64,000 nucleotides of DNA. Origin: an uncultured Chloroflexia bacterium (GTDB taxonomy: Bacteria; Chloroflexota; Dormibacteria; Aeolococcales; Aeolococcaceae). The notes below the pieces were generated by a model. It had not been told where the DNA came from. It did no database searches and saw only the letters and a program-made list of their open reading frames with translations. The translations under genes and the position numbers were made by a program. Shown one piece after another: positions 27,775 to 38,702 of this stretch (position 1 is the stretch's first letter; the number at the start of each line of letters is the position of its first letter). The stretch is taken from contig CAWCBS010000014.1 in assembly GCA_963793875.1 (NCBI GenBank), positions 179,335 through 243,334 on the forward strand, in the 5' to 3' direction.

Positions 27775-30201
27775 ATGCCCAACCGTCTGATCATCGTCGA
27801 GTCTCCCAGCAAGGCTCGCACCCTCGCCAAGTTCCTGGGCGCCGGTTACACCGTCAAGGCGTCGATGGGGCACATCCGCGATCTGCCCAAGTCGACCCTG
27901 GGGGTCGACCTGGAGCACGGCTTCCGCCCCGAGTACATGGTGATCCGGGGCAAGGAGAAGCAGATCCGCGAGCTGCGCGACGCCGCCAAGAAGGCCGACG
28001 ACGTCCTGCTCGCAGCCGACCCGGACCGGGAGGGGGAGGCGATCGCCTGGCACCTCGCCGAGGCGCTGAAACTCCATGACCCGGACCGGATCGAGGTGCA
28101 CGAGATCACGAGGAGCGCCGTCGAGGCGGCCCTCAAGGCCCCCCGCAAGGTGGACCGCAACCGCGTCTACGCGCAGGAGGCGCGCCGGGTGATCGACCGC
28201 CTGGTCGGCTACCGCCTCAGCCCGCTGCTCTGGCGGAAGGTCCGCACCGGGCTCTCGGCGGGGCGGGTCCAGTCGGTCGCCGTGCGCCTGGTGGTCGACC
28301 GTGAGAACGAGATCGAGGCCTTCGTGGCCACCGAGTCGTGGAGCCTCGACGCCCTCTTGGAGAAGGGGGAGAGCCGCTTCAGCGCCCGCTACCAGGGCCG
28401 CCGGGATGCCGTCGCCGCAGCCGCCCCCGCCAAGCGGGGCCGGACCGGCAAGCGGACGGCGCCGGCCAACGAGAACGGCGACCAGCCCGAGCGGGTCGAG
28501 CTGCCCACCGAGGCCGACGCCCGGGAGGTGATGAGCGCCCTCAACTTCGACGCCACGGGTCACCGGGGCGAGGACGCCCCCCCCTTCGCCGTGGAGGCGG
28601 TGGAGAGCTCCGAGACCTCGCGGTCGGCACCCTTCCCGTACACCACCAGCACCCTGCAGCAGGATGCCAGCACGCGGCTGAGGTTCTCGCCGCGGCGCAC
28701 CATGTCGATCGCCCAGGAGCTCTACGAGGGCGCCGAGCTGGGCAGCTCGGGACCGGTGGGCCTGATCACCTACATGCGGACCGACTCGACGCGGCTCAGC
28801 GACCAGGCTCGGGGTGAGGCGGCCGCCTACATCACCAAGAGCCTGGGCGAGAGGTACGTCCGCACCGGGCAGGCCCGCCAGCGCCAGGGCCAGAACGTGC
28901 AGGACGCGCACGAGGCGATCCGGCCGACCGACGTCACCCGCACCCCCGAGCAGGTGGCGGATCTCCTGCCCCGCGACCAGTCCCGCCTCTACGACCTGAT
29001 CTGGCGGCGCTTCGTGGCCAGCCAGATGGCGCCGGCCCGGTTCCTGACCACCCGGGCCACCATCGCCGCGGGCGACTTCATCTTCCGCGCCTCGGGATCG
29101 GTGCTCGTCTTCGACGGTTTCCAGCGGATCTGGAAGCGCGACGAGGAGCGCGATCGGGACGGTCAGCTCCCCGCGCTCGAGCCGGGGGAGCTTCTGCGGT
29201 GCCTGGAGATGGTCGCCGAGCAGCACTTCACCCAGCCGCCCCCCCGCTACACGGAGGCCTCGCTGGTCAAGGAGATGGAGGAGCGGGGGATCGGGCGGCC
29301 CTCGACGTACGCCCCCACCATCGAGGTCATCCAGGAGCGTGCCTACGTCCGCCAGGAGGAACGCCGGCTCCACCCAACCGAGCTCGGCAAGACCGTCGAC
29401 GGGCTGCTCCGCGAGCACTTCTCCGAGGTCGTGGACATCGACTTCACCGCCGACCTGGAGCGCCGCCTCGATGCCATCGAGACGGGCAAGCGCAAGTTCG
29501 AGACGACCGTCAGAGAGTGGTACACGCCGTTCAGCAAGACGGTCGACAAAGCCCAGACCGACATGCAGCGGGTCAAGGTCCCGGCCAAGTCGACAGGCGA
29601 GGCCTGCCCCCGCTGCGGCACCGGGGAGCTGGTGGTTCGCGAGGGGCGGTTTGGACCCTTCGTGGGCTGCTCGCGCTATCCGGAGTGCGACTACATCAAG
29701 GACAAGAAGCAGTCGTCGGCGGAACCCACGGGCGAGAGCTGCCCCCGCTGCGGGAAGCCGCTGGTGCAGCGCCTCGGCAAGCGCGGCCCCTTCGTCGGCT
29801 GCAGCGGCTACCCCAAGTGCCGCTTCCTGCGCGACCTGGCCGCCACGCCGGAGGGCGCGGCCGCCGACGGTGCGGCGCCTACGCCCGCGGGCGGCCCCGA
29901 GGACCTCGGTTCGTGCCCCGAATGCGGCAAGCCGCTGGCCCAGAAGCACAGCCGGCGGGGCGCCTTCGTCGGCTGCACGGGCTACCCCGACTGCCATTAC
30001 ATCCAGCCTCAGAGCGGCCGCGCCGCGGCGGCCCCAGCCCCCGCCGCCGAGCCGACCGGCGAGAGCTGTCCCGACTGCGGCAAGCCGCTGGTCCGCCGCC
30101 AGGGGCGCTTCGGGCCGTTCGTCAGCTGCAGCGGCTATCCGGGATGCACCTATCGCCCGCCGCGCAAGTCGGCGGCCGGACACGCGGAGGTCGCCTCGTG
30201 A
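27775..30201 (+). CDS. topA: DNA topoisomerase I
   Basis: [38 protein letters not shown] (Toprim). Four C-terminal C4 zinc ribbons (CPRCG...[10 protein letters not shown] and three more). Confidence 0.96.
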   Translation: MPNRLIIVESPSKARTLAKFLGAGYTVKASMGHIRDLPKSTLGVDLEHGFRPEYMVIRGKEKQIRELRDAAKKADDVLLAADPDREGEAIAWHLAEALKLHDPDRIEVHEITRSAVEAALKAPRKVDRNRVYAQEARRVIDRLVGYRLSPLLWRKVRTGLSAGRVQSVAVRLVVDRENEIEAFVATESWSLDALLEKGESRFSARYQGRRDAVAAAAPAKRGRTGKRTAPANENGDQPERVELPTEADAREVMSALNFDATGHRGEDAPPFAVEAVESSETSRSAPFPYTTSTLQQDASTRLRFSPRRTMSIAQELYEGAELGSSGPVGLITYMRTDSTRLSDQARGEAAAYITKSLGERYVRTGQARQRQGQNVQDAHEAIRPTDVTRTPEQVADLLPRDQSRLYDLIWRRFVASQMAPARFLTTRATIAAGDFIFRASGSVLVFDGFQRIWKRDEERDRDGQLPALEPGELLRCLEMVAEQHFTQPPPRYTEASLVKEMEERGIGRPSTYAPTIEVIQERAYVRQEERRLHPTELGKTVDGLLREHFSEVVDIDFTADLERRLDAIETGKRKFETTVREWYTPFSKTVDKAQTDMQRVKVPAKSTGEACPRCGTGELVVREGRFGPFVGCSRYPECDYIKDKKQSSAEPTGESCPRCGKPLVQRLGKRGPFVGCSGYPKCRFLRDLAATPEGAAADGAAPTPAGGPEDLGSCPECGKPLAQKHSRRGAFVGCTGYPDCHYIQPQSGRAAAAPAPAAEPTGESCPDCGKPLVRRQGRFGPFVSCSGYPGCTYRPPRKSAAGHAEVAS

Positions 30202-30851
30202 GCGCGCGCCCGCATGCCACCACGATCGTCGGGGTGCGCCGCGACGGCGTGGTCGCGATCGGCGGGGACGGCCAGGTGACCGTCGGCGACGTGGTCATGA
30301 AGCACCGCGCCGCCAAGGTCCGCCGGCTCCATCGCGACACCGTCCTGGCCGGCTTCGCCGGCGCGGTCGCCGACGCGCTGACCCTCTTCGACAAGTTCGA
30401 GCAGCAGCTGGACCGGCACCAGGGTCTCCTCCTCCGGGCCTCGGTCGGGCTGGCCAAGGAATGGCGTACCGACCGCTATCTGCGTCACCTCGAGGCGATG
30501 CTGATCGTGGCCAACGCCGACCAGCTCCTGCTGCTCTCCGGGGACGGGGAGATCATCGAGCCCGACGACGACCTGGCGGCCATCGGCAGCGGCGGCCCGT
30601 ATGCGCTGGCCGCGGCGAAGGCCCTGCTCCAGAACACCGAGCTCGACGCCGCCCAGGTGGTCCGCAGATCCCTCTCCATCGCGGCCTCGCTCTGCATCTA
30701 CACCAACAACGAGATCACCGTGCTGACGCTCCCCTCCGAGCGGGGGGACGAGCCTCCGCCGGCGATGGGAGAAGCGGTGACCGAGGCGGCGGGCCCGGAC
30801 GGCGCACCCCCGGTCGCGACGGCTGCAGCGGAGGAGCCGGACCGAGGGTGA
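30198..30851 (+). CDS. hslV: ATP-dependent protease subunit HslV (CodW-like, with short N-terminal propeptide and acidic/Pro-rich tail)
   Basis: [28 protein letters not shown]...[18 protein letters not shown] overlap with the topA stop. Confidence 0.9.
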   Translation: MSARPHATTIVGVRRDGVVAIGGDGQVTVGDVVMKHRAAKVRRLHRDTVLAGFAGAVADALTLFDKFEQQLDRHQGLLLRASVGLAKEWRTDRYLRHLEAMLIVANADQLLLLSGDGEIIEPDDDLAAIGSGGPYALAAAKALLQNTELDAAQVVRRSLSIAASLCIYTNNEITVLTLPSERGDEPPPAMGEAVTEAAGPDGAPPVATAAAEEPDRG

Positions 30852-32470
30852 CCGTGGAAGTCGCGCAGCCCTCCGCCCCCGTGCCCGCCCCCGACGGGAA
30901 CGCTCCGCCACCTCCAGACAGCCCGGAGAGCCGCGACCCGGACGATCTCCGTCCCACCGAGATCGTCCGACACCTCGACGCCTACATCGTGGGCCAGGCC
31001 GCGGCCAAGCGGTCCGTCGCCATCGCGCTGCGCAACCGGGTGCGGCGCCGCCGCCTCACCGACGAGATGCGCCGCGAGGTCCTCCCCAAGAACATCCTGA
31101 TGATCGGCCCGACCGGGGTCGGGAAGACCGAGATCGCCCGGCGGCTGGCCAAGCTCACCTCCTCGCCGTTCATCAAGGTCGAGGCCACCAAGTTCACCGA
31201 GGTGGGCTATGTGGGGCGGGACGTCGAGGCGATCGTTCGCGACCTCCTGGAGCAGACCATCACCGACGTCCACGAGGAGCGGATCGACGGGGTGGAGGAC
31301 CGGGCCCGGGAGGTGGCCGAGCGCCGGATCCTCGACATCCTGGTGGAGGCCGAGCTCCGCTCCGCGGCGCGGCTGGCGGAGGTGAGCGGCGTTCCCCCGG
31401 TGGTGGTGGCCCCGGTGGGAGCGGCGTACCCGAGCTCCGGGCCACCGCCCTCGGCGTCCCCCTCACCGCCGGCCGAGCACCCGGCGCCGGCGGAACCCAC
31501 GACGCCAGCGCCCGCCGGCCCGGGATCGGCTGCCGAGCCCAGCGCGACCGCGCCGAGGCGGCCCCCGGCCGGCGCCGAGGAACGCCTGCGCCGCCGCATT
31601 CGCCGGCGTCTCGCCACCCAGCTGCGGGCCAAGCACCTCGAGGACCGCTACATCGACGTCGAGGTCGAGGAGCCGTTCCAGCCGGCCTTCGAGGGTTTCG
31701 CGGGCAGCGGGCTGGAGGAGGTGGGCTACTCCCTCTCCGACTTCTTCTCCCAGATGGCGCCGCCCCGCCGGCGGATGAAGCGGATGCAGGTCGCGGACGC
31801 GCGCACCGCGCTCGCCGAGGAGGAGACCGACCGCCTGATCGACATGGACCGCGTCTACGACGACGCCATCCGCGACGTCGAGGAGGCGGGCATCGTCTTC
31901 ATGGACGAGGTCGACAAGATCTGCGGGCCCGCCCCCGACCACGGTCCGGATGTCAGCGGCGAGGGGGTCCAGCGCGACCTCCTGCCCATCCTGGAGGGAT
32001 CGGTGGTCCACACCCGCTACGGCTCGGTGCGCACCGACCACATCCTGTTCATCGCCGCCGGCGCCTTCAACGTCGCCCGGCCCAGCGATCTGATCCCCGA
32101 GTTCCAGGGCCGCTTCCCGATCCGGGTCGAGCTGAGCCCGCTCAGCGAGAGCGATCTGCAGCGCATCCTCACCGAGCCCAACAACGCCCTGACCAAGCAG
32201 TACGAGGCGCTGCTCGCCACCGAGCAGGTGGAGCTCGCCTTCACCGACGACGGGGTCGCGGAGCTGGCGCGCCAGGCGCACCGGGTCAACGAGCAGGACG
32301 AGAACATCGGCGCGCGGCGGCTCTTCACGATCATGGAGAAGGTGCTGGAGGACGTCTCCTTCCGCGCCGAGGACCACGCCGGCAGCCGGGTGGTGGTCGA
32401 CGCCGCCATGGTCCGCCGGCAGCTGAAGGACCTGATCAGCGACGACGACATGCGCCGCTACATCCTCTGA
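30848..32470 (+). CDS. hslU: ATP-dependent protease ATPase subunit HslU
   Basis: [29 protein letters not shown], Walker [47 protein letters not shown] overlap with hslV. Confidence 0.95.
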   Translation: MTVEVAQPSAPVPAPDGNAPPPPDSPESRDPDDLRPTEIVRHLDAYIVGQAAAKRSVAIALRNRVRRRRLTDEMRREVLPKNILMIGPTGVGKTEIARRLAKLTSSPFIKVEATKFTEVGYVGRDVEAIVRDLLEQTITDVHEERIDGVEDRAREVAERRILDILVEAELRSAARLAEVSGVPPVVVAPVGAAYPSSGPPPSASPSPPAEHPAPAEPTTPAPAGPGSAAEPSATAPRRPPAGAEERLRRRIRRRLATQLRAKHLEDRYIDVEVEEPFQPAFEGFAGSGLEEVGYSLSDFFSQMAPPRRRMKRMQVADARTALAEEETDRLIDMDRVYDDAIRDVEEAGIVFMDEVDKICGPAPDHGPDVSGEGVQRDLLPILEGSVVHTRYGSVRTDHILFIAAGAFNVARPSDLIPEFQGRFPIRVELSPLSESDLQRILTEPNNALTKQYEALLATEQVELAFTDDGVAELARQAHRVNEQDENIGARRLFTIMEKVLEDVSFRAEDHAGSRVVVDAAMVRRQLKDLISDDDMRRYIL

Positions 32471-32478
32471 CGGCACGG

Positions 32479-32494
32479 CACACCATTCGGTGTG
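32479..32494 (+). terminator. small hairpin CACACC-attc-GGTGTG 9 nt after the hslU stop
   Basis: Seen in the sequence. Weak: 6-bp stem and no U tract. Confidence 0.2.
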
Positions 32495-32667
32495 ACCGGT
32501 CGATGACAGCGTGCCGGTGACGGATGGGCGGGGACATCGGTGCCCGTGACGGTCCGCGCGAGAGGGGGTTCAGGGCGCCGCGGGGACGGTAGACTCACCG
32601 CTCGGCGGGCCGGTGGCCGGTGGCCGGTCACACCGGTCGCCGTCCCGAGGCACCCAGGAGCGCGATA

Positions 32668-33657
32668 GTGGCCATCCCCGACCCCCCTCAGTACCCACCG
32701 CCGCCACCGCCGCCCACGCCGCCACCACCTCCCGCCCTGGCGCCGCCGTCACCCCTATCCGCCGCCGTCCCGCCAGTCCCGCCATCCCCGCCGCCCCCGC
32801 CCCCGGGGGTCAGCGGACAGCAGGTCGATCTCAATGCGGTGTTGCGCGACGTCGTATCCGCGCTGCGCCGCATCACCCTGAGCGGCACCCTGATCGGCTG
32901 CGGGCTGTTCCTGCTGCTGATCTTCTCGTTGCTCCCCGGCTGGATCCAGTCGTGGTTCACGTGTCCCCTGGGCGACATCTACTGCGCGCCGGTGTCGCAG
33001 ACGACCGACCGGCTGTGGGAGGGCTTCGGCTTCCTGCCCGCGCTGCTCATCCTGGTCGCCCTCGGCTGGTTCGTGGTCCAGAGGCTCACCCGGGTCCGCC
33101 TCGACCTCCCGGCGCCGGATGCCGTGGTCTGGCGGGCAAACTGGATGGCCTTCGCCGGGGTCGAGATCGTCTTGTTCCTGCTCTACTGGCAGATCGAGGG
33201 CGGCAAGTACACCTCTCTCAACTACTCCACCCTCCCCGGCTGGGCGCTCTGGGCGTCGATCGTCATCGCTGGCGCCATCGGCTTCGGCGGCTACATGGAG
33301 TACAAGGGAGAGCGGCGACCGCTCTTCAGCGCCATCATGCCGGCGGGCGGGGCCCCCGTGGTGCCGGGCCCGGGTGTTCCGGCTTCGCTGACGGCGACCG
33401 GGGGAGGGCTGGCGTACGGTCCGGGACCATCGGTCGCAGCCGCGCCGGCACCGCCGGTGCTCGCGGCCGGCACCCTCTCGCCGGACCGCTCCCAGTGGTT
33501 CGACGGGTCCGCCTGGCAGGACGCGTCCTTGAGCGCCCCTCCGGGAGCGCTGCGCTCGCCGGACGGCACCCACTGGTGGGACGGGACGACCTGGCGGCAG
33601 CTGCCCGGCTGGGGCATCCGGAGCAGCGGCGCCCCACGTCGCCCGGGCGGCGCCTAG
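32668..33657 (+). CDS. proline-rich four-TM membrane protein with two C-terminal SPD..WWDG..W motifs
   Basis: AGGAG lies 7 nt before the GTG at 32668. Poly-Pro N-terminus, four hydrophobic segments, and a C-terminus with LSPDRSQWFDGSAW and RSPDGTHWWDGTTW. Confidence 0.7.
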   Translation: MAIPDPPQYPPPPPPPTPPPPPALAPPSPLSAAVPPVPPSPPPPPPGVSGQQVDLNAVLRDVVSALRRITLSGTLIGCGLFLLLIFSLLPGWIQSWFTCPLGDIYCAPVSQTTDRLWEGFGFLPALLILVALGWFVVQRLTRVRLDLPAPDAVVWRANWMAFAGVEIVLFLLYWQIEGGKYTSLNYSTLPGWALWASIVIAGAIGFGGYMEYKGERRPLFSAIMPAGGAPVVPGPGVPASLTATGGGLAYGPGPSVAAAPAPPVLAAGTLSPDRSQWFDGSAWQDASLSAPPGALRSPDGTHWWDGTTWRQLPGWGIRSSGAPRRPGGA

Positions 33658-33685
33658 GGCGCCGGTCAGGTTGAGCCGGTCAGGC

Positions 33686-34807
33686 TCAGAGGGCGCCGGT
33701 GAGGTGGAGGGCGGCCGCGGCCAGCAGGAGCTGGAGCGGCAGGAGGGTGGCGCCGAGCAGGTTGAACCAGCCGGTGGAGAAGCCGGCACCGTGATCGCGG
33801 GCGATCCGCCGTGAGATGAGGGTTGCCAGCGACCCGGTGATCACCAGATCGGGGCCGATGGCCAGCCCGAGGATCGCGGCCCAGGTCGCGGTGCCGCCCT
33901 GGGGCCGGATCGCCGCCGCGGCGGGCAGGTTGTTGACCAGGGCCGCAAGGAGGCTCGAGCTGAGCAGCGCGTGCCCGAGCCCTCCGCCCAGGACCAGCCC
34001 GCCGTCGAGGAGGGCGCGGATCGCCGCGGCGGCGGCGAAGAGCGGGAGCAGGTCCACGAGGGCGGCCGGACCCCCCACCCGTCCGGCCCGCGGCGGGGTG
34101 CTCTCGCCCGCCGCGCTGGTGGGCGTCGCCAGGGTCAGCGCGCCGACGGTGACCGCGGCAACGATCAGCCACGCCGGCCAACTCTGGGTGAGATAGGTCG
34201 CGGCCGTCAGCGGTGACCGGCCGAGGACCAGGAGGGTGGTCAGGTTGGAGGTGGGGAGGAGGAAGGAGGTGGCGTTGGCCGTCAGCGCGACCGCAGCCAC
34301 CAGGCGGTCGGGTCGCAGCCGCCGGGCCGCGGCGACCTCGAGCCCGCAGGGGACGGCCACCACCACGGCGACATCCAGGTTGATCAGACCGCTGAGCAGG
34401 GCGGCGAGGGCCAGGGTGCCCGCCACCGCCAGGCGGTCGGGGGCCCGCGCCGGCAGGAGGAGCCGGGCCAGCAGCCGGAAGAGGCCGAACCGGTCGGCCA
34501 CCAACCCGGCGGCGATGACCGCCCCGAGGGTCGCGAAGGCGCCGATGGTGCCGAGGGCCGCGGTTCCGAGGAGTGGGCGGCGGAGCAGGAGGGCGATCCC
34601 GGTGAGGGACGCCGCGCCGAGCCAGACCGCCGTCCGCAGATGGTCCGGGCGCCGTCCCGGGTGGGGCCGGCCAGCGATCGCGGTGGACGCCCCCGCAACC
34701 TCAGCCGGCGCCGCCCCGTCCTCCGCGACGACGGTCGCAGCTGCGGCAGCATCTGCCGGGATCGTGTCATCTTGTATGGACGGCGATGGGCGCAGTGTTA
34801 TGGACAT
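33686..34807 (-). CDS. ArsB/NhaD (ion-transporter superfamily) permease
   Basis: Polytopic membrane protein. Motifs LLSGLINLDVAVVV, ANATSFLLPTSNLT, LLAALVNNLPAAAA, GPDLVITGSLATLI. Confidence 0.65.
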   Translation of the reverse strand: MSITLRPSPSIQDDTIPADAAAAATVVAEDGAAPAEVAGASTAIAGRPHPGRRPDHLRTAVWLGAASLTGIALLLRRPLLGTAALGTIGAFATLGAVIAAGLVADRFGLFRLLARLLLPARAPDRLAVAGTLALAALLSGLINLDVAVVVAVPCGLEVAAARRLRPDRLVAAVALTANATSFLLPTSNLTTLLVLGRSPLTAATYLTQSWPAWLIVAAVTVGALTLATPTSAAGESTPPRAGRVGGPAALVDLLPLFAAAAAIRALLDGGLVLGGGLGHALLSSSLLAALVNNLPAAAAIRPQGGTATWAAILGLAIGPDLVITGSLATLISRRIARDHGAGFSTGWFNLLGATLLPLQLLLAAAALHLTGAL

Positions 34808-34897
34808 GGGCGCAGAGCCCCTCGTCGGGGATCTCTCCTCGTGCTGCTGGGCGGATGCAGCGAGATTCCGGAGGGCCCTAGACAGGGAGCCTCTCCG

Positions 34898-34919
34898 GTG
34901 TCAAGATCGGATCTGACAC
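34898..34919. promoter_or_regulatory. 22-bp near-perfect palindrome GTGTCAAGATC-g-GATCTGACAC in the permease/merR divergent region; overlaps a minus-strand TTGACA-18 nt-TAGGGC promoter
   Basis: Read directly from the sequence. Ends 4 nt before the merR-like ATG. Confidence 0.4.
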
Positions 34920-34923
34920 GATC

Positions 34924-35493
34924 ATGGCAGATATACCCCGACCACCGCAAGCCCCCTCAGACGACGACCTGGTCGCCATCCCGCGTCTGGCCGAGCGCAC
35001 CGGGGTGACCCCGCGCGTGCTCCGCTACTGGGAGCAGCTCGGCCTGATCAGCCCCACCCGAGAGCACGGGCGGCTCCGCTACTCGCCACGGGACACGGCG
35101 ATCGCCCGGCTCACCAAGCAGCTCGTCGATCTGGGCGTGCCCCTCGACGGGCTGCGGATGCTCAAGGAGCTCTCGGAGCGGGAGGTGCGCGGCGCGGGCG
35201 AGCGTGACGACCCCGCCCGGGTCACCGAGCTGGCCCTCCGCCTCCTGTACCAGCGCAAGGCGTTCCGGGAGATGACCGGCACCGACGAGGAGCACTTCCC
35301 GGAGCCGATGCCGTCGCCTCCGCCGCCCGGCGGGCCGCATCCCCCGCCGCCGCCCCCCGGTGGACCGCGCCCGGATCCCGATTGGGAGGGGGCGGGACCG
35401 CCGGGACCGGGGGGAGGGCTGGGGGTCGGCCGGCGTCCCCCAGGGCCCCACCCTCCCGCTCCCCTGGCGCCGCCCGGGCCTCACCGTCCCTGA
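34924..35493 (+). CDS. MerR-family transcriptional regulator with a Pro/Gly-rich C-terminal tail
   Basis: IPRLAERTGVTPRVLRYWEQLGLISPTREHGRLRYSPRD (MerR HTH). The tail reads PSPPPPGGPHPPPPPPGGPRP... Confidence 0.85.
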   Translation: MADIPRPPQAPSDDDLVAIPRLAERTGVTPRVLRYWEQLGLISPTREHGRLRYSPRDTAIARLTKQLVDLGVPLDGLRMLKELSEREVRGAGERDDPARVTELALRLLYQRKAFREMTGTDEEHFPEPMPSPPPPGGPHPPPPPPGGPRPDPDWEGAGPPGPGGGLGVGRRPPGPHPPAPLAPPGPHRP

Positions 35494-35685
35494 GGTCGCC
35501 GCCACCCGACCGATTCCCTGGGCGGCCTCGCCGGCTGGCACCGTCCGGACCCTGTGCGGGGCCGTATGCCACAATTCGGGCTGATTTCACACGCCCGGTC
35601 CACGCGACGGCGGGTGCCCCCAGGGGTCGCCGCCGCGGTCAATCCCGGGCGGAGGTGCCAACCCGATCCGGAAGGAGGCTCGCCC

Positions 35686-36579
35686 GTGCCGGCAGCAACC
35701 CTCCGCCAGCTGCTCGAGGCCGGGGTTCACTTCGGCCACCAGACCAGCCGGTGGAACCCCAAGATGCGCGACTACATCTTCACGTCACGCGATCGTGTTC
35801 ACATCATCGATCTGGCCAAGACCCAGCTGATGCTGGACGAGGCCTGCGACTACGTCCGCGAGCTGGTGTCCGGCGGCCAGAAGGTGCTCTTCGTCGGCAC
35901 CAAGAAGCAGGCCCAGGACGCCATCGTGGAGGCCTGCGCCCGCACCGGTCAGCCCTACGTGGTGCACCGGTGGATGGGCGGGATGCTCACCAACTTCTCG
36001 GTCATCCAGCGTCAGCTCAAGCGGCTCATCGAGCTGCGCTCGATGAACGAGCGGGGCGACTTCGAGCGGATGAGCGGCAAAGAGGCCAACGCCAACAAGG
36101 ACGATCTGGAACGGCTGGAGCGCAGCTTCGCCGGGATGGTCGAGATGAAGCGGCTCCCGGGTGCCCTCTTCGTCATCGATTGCAAGAAGGAGCGGCTGGC
36201 GGTCAACGAGGCCAACAAGCTCGGCATCCCCATCGTGGCGGTGGTCGACACCAACTGCGACCCCGACCTGATCCAGCACGTCGTCCCCGGCAACGACGAC
36301 GCCATCCGCTCCTGCCGGCTGATGGTCAACGCCATCTCCGACGCCATCCTCGAGGGCCAGCGGCTGCTCAGCGAGCGCGAGCTGCGCGAGCGCGCCGAGA
36401 CCGAGGCGGCGGCCGCGCGGGCGGCGCTCGCCGAGGCCGAGAGCGCGGAGGTCGCCGAGCCGGAGAGCCAGGCCCCGGCGGCCGGAGCCAAGGAGGCGGC
36501 CTCCCCGGAGGCGCAGACCGTCGCTCCGACCCTCGCCGCCGTCACCCCGCCGGTGCCGACCGTGGCGGAGGAGAGCTGA
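35686..36579 (+). CDS. rpsB: 30S ribosomal protein S2
   Basis: GGAGG lies 7 nt before the GTG. LLEAGVHFGHQTSRWNPKM..YIF..R..VHIIDL. Confidence 0.95.
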   Translation: MPAATLRQLLEAGVHFGHQTSRWNPKMRDYIFTSRDRVHIIDLAKTQLMLDEACDYVRELVSGGQKVLFVGTKKQAQDAIVEACARTGQPYVVHRWMGGMLTNFSVIQRQLKRLIELRSMNERGDFERMSGKEANANKDDLERLERSFAGMVEMKRLPGALFVIDCKKERLAVNEANKLGIPIVAVVDTNCDPDLIQHVVPGNDDAIRSCRLMVNAISDAILEGQRLLSERELRERAETEAAAARAALAEAESAEVAEPESQAPAAGAKEAASPEAQTVAPTLAAVTPPVPTVAEES

Positions 36580-37220
36580 TGGCCGAGGTGCCCGCCAGCC
36601 TGGTGAAGGAGCTCCGCGAGCAGACCGGGGCCGGGATGATGGACTGCAAGCGCGCCCTGGTGGCGTGCGAGGGCGACGTCGAGCGAGCCAAGGACTGGCT
36701 CCGCGAGCACGGCGTGGCCAAGGCCGCCGCCAAGGAGCACCGCTCCACCAACGAGGGCGTTGTCGACGCCTACCTGCACGGCGTCGGTGGCATGCCGCCC
36801 AAGGTCGGCGTGCTGATCGAGGTGGACTGCGAGTCCGACTTCGTCGCCAAGACCGGCGACTTCAAGAAGCTGGCCCGTGAGCTGGCCCTCCAGGTGGCCG
36901 GCGCCAACCCGACCTACGTCCGCCCGGAGGACGTGCCCGAGGAGCTCGTGGAAAGAGAGCGCGGCGTCTTCCGGGCCCAGGCCGAGGGCAAGCCGGCGGC
37001 GATGGTGGAGAAGATCGTCGAGGGCAAGCTGGCCGCCTACTACGCCGAGATCTGCCTGCTCGAGCAGCCCTGGATCCGCGACGAGAAGCACAAGAAGAAG
37101 GTCAAGGAGCTGGTCCAGGAGGCGGTGGCCAAGCTGGGCGAGAACATCACCGTGGCCCGCTTCATCCGCTACCAGGTCGGGGAGACCTCGGGCGGGGGGG
37201 CCGAGGCTCCGCGCCGATGA
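36579..37220 (+). CDS. tsf: elongation factor Ts (short form)
   Basis: [27 protein letters not shown]...[16 protein letters not shown]. The start overlaps the rpsB stop. Confidence 0.95.
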   Translation: MAEVPASLVKELREQTGAGMMDCKRALVACEGDVERAKDWLREHGVAKAAAKEHRSTNEGVVDAYLHGVGGMPPKVGVLIEVDCESDFVAKTGDFKKLARELALQVAGANPTYVRPEDVPEELVERERGVFRAQAEGKPAAMVEKIVEGKLAAYYAEICLLEQPWIRDEKHKKKVKELVQEAVAKLGENITVARFIRYQVGETSGGGAEAPRR

Positions 37221-37996
37221 GCCCCGAGGCGGCCGGCGTGGACCCGGCCGAAGAGACGGGGACGGACGGGCGGCGGGCTGCCTTCTCGCGGCTCGTGCTC
37301 AAGCTCTCCGGCGAGGCCCTGGTCGGCAGCGAGGCCTACGGGATCGACATGGAGACGCTGCGCCGGATCGCGGCGGAGGTCCGGGGGGTGATAGCCCACG
37401 GGGTTCAGCTCGCCATCGTGGTGGGGGGTGGCAACATCGTGCGGGGCACCGACATCAGCCGCCACGGCATCGAGCGCGTCACCGGCGACTACATGGGGAT
37501 GCTGGCCACGGTGATCAACGCGCTCAGCCTTCGCGACGCGATCGAGGGGCTGGGGATGCAGTGCCGGGTGCAGAGTGCCATCGCCATGCAGCAGGTGGCC
37601 GAGCCCTTCATCCCCCTGCGGGCGATCCGCCACCTGGAGAAGGGGCGGGTAGTGATCCTGGCCGGCGGCCATGGCAGCCCGTTCTTCACCACCGACACCA
37701 CCGCCGCCCTCCGGGCCGCGGAGATCGGCGCCGAGGCGCTGCTCAAGGCCACCCAGGTGGACGGGATCTACACCGCCGACCCGATGCGGGACCCCACCGC
37801 GACCAGGTTCACCCATCTGTCGTATCTCGAGGTGCTGAACCGCGGCCTCACCGTGATGGACAACACCGCCCTCACCCTGTGCATGGACAATCACATGCCG
37901 ATCATCGTTTTCGACCTCCACACCGAGGGAAACCTGGAGCGGGTCGTCCTCGGCGAGCCGGTCGGCACCCGCGTCGACGCGGAGGGAGTCGGATGA
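37217..37996 (+). CDS. pyrH: UMP kinase
   Basis: VLKLSGEAL...[12 protein letters not shown]...[12 protein letters not shown] overlap with tsf. Confidence 0.95.
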   Translation: MSPEAAGVDPAEETGTDGRRAAFSRLVLKLSGEALVGSEAYGIDMETLRRIAAEVRGVIAHGVQLAIVVGGGNIVRGTDISRHGIERVTGDYMGMLATVINALSLRDAIEGLGMQCRVQSAIAMQQVAEPFIPLRAIRHLEKGRVVILAGGHGSPFFTTDTTAALRAAEIGAEALLKATQVDGIYTADPMRDPTATRFTHLSYLEVLNRGLTVMDNTALTLCMDNHMPIIVFDLHTEGNLERVVLGEPVGTRVDAEGVG

Positions 37997-38586
37997 GTGA
38001 GCCCACCAAGGCCGAGGAGGCCCTCGCCCAGATCGAGGAACGGCTGGTCGATGCCGAGATCCGCATGGAGAAGAGCGTCGAGGCCCTGCACAAGGAGCTC
38101 TCCGGCATCCGGACCGGCCGGGCCAGCCCGTCGCTGGTCGAGCGGCTCCAGGTCGACGCCTACGGCGTTCCCACCCCGCTGCAGTCACTGGCGGGGATCT
38201 CCACCCCCGAGGCGCGACTGCTGGTGATCCGGCCCTACGACCGCTCGGCGATCCCGGCCATCGAGAAGGCGATCCAGCGCTCCGACCTCGGCCTCACCCC
38301 GAGCAACGACGGGCAGCTGATCCGGATCGTGATCCCCCAGCTCACCGAGGAGCGCCGTCACGAGCTGAGCAAGCTGTGCGCCCGCCGGGCCGAGGAGGCC
38401 CGGGTGGCGGTGCGGAACATCCGGCGTGACGAGGTCGAGCACCTTCGCAAGGTCGAGAAGGAGGGCCACGTCAGCCGCGACGACGTGGAGGGCTCCCTCT
38501 CCCAGGTCCAGCGGATCACCGACCAGTTCATCGCCAAGGTGGACGAGGTGGCCCGGAAGAAGGAGGCGGAGATCCTCGAGGTCTAG
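37993..38586 (+). CDS. frr: ribosome recycling factor
   Basis: [23 protein letters not shown]...IRNIRRD. ATGA overlap with pyrH. Confidence 0.95.
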   Translation: MSEPTKAEEALAQIEERLVDAEIRMEKSVEALHKELSGIRTGRASPSLVERLQVDAYGVPTPLQSLAGISTPEARLLVIRPYDRSAIPAIEKAIQRSDLGLTPSNDGQLIRIVIPQLTEERRHELSKLCARRAEEARVAVRNIRRDEVEHLRKVEKEGHVSRDDVEGSLSQVQRITDQFIAKVDEVARKKEAEILEV

Positions 38587-38702
38587 AACCTCGCCCTCCC
38601 CGGTCCCGGAGGCACGTGGCGTCCACCCGCCGCGGAGCGTGGGAAACTTACCGTCACCCCGCGCAACGGTCTCCGGGCCCGGACCGTTCTCCGAAGAGAG
38701 GC

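Noticed and set aside
27259-30183. 974-aa ORF on the minus strand
   Set aside because: It is antisense to topA, whose identity is unambiguous. The composition is junk-like (Arg/Ala/Gly/Leu).
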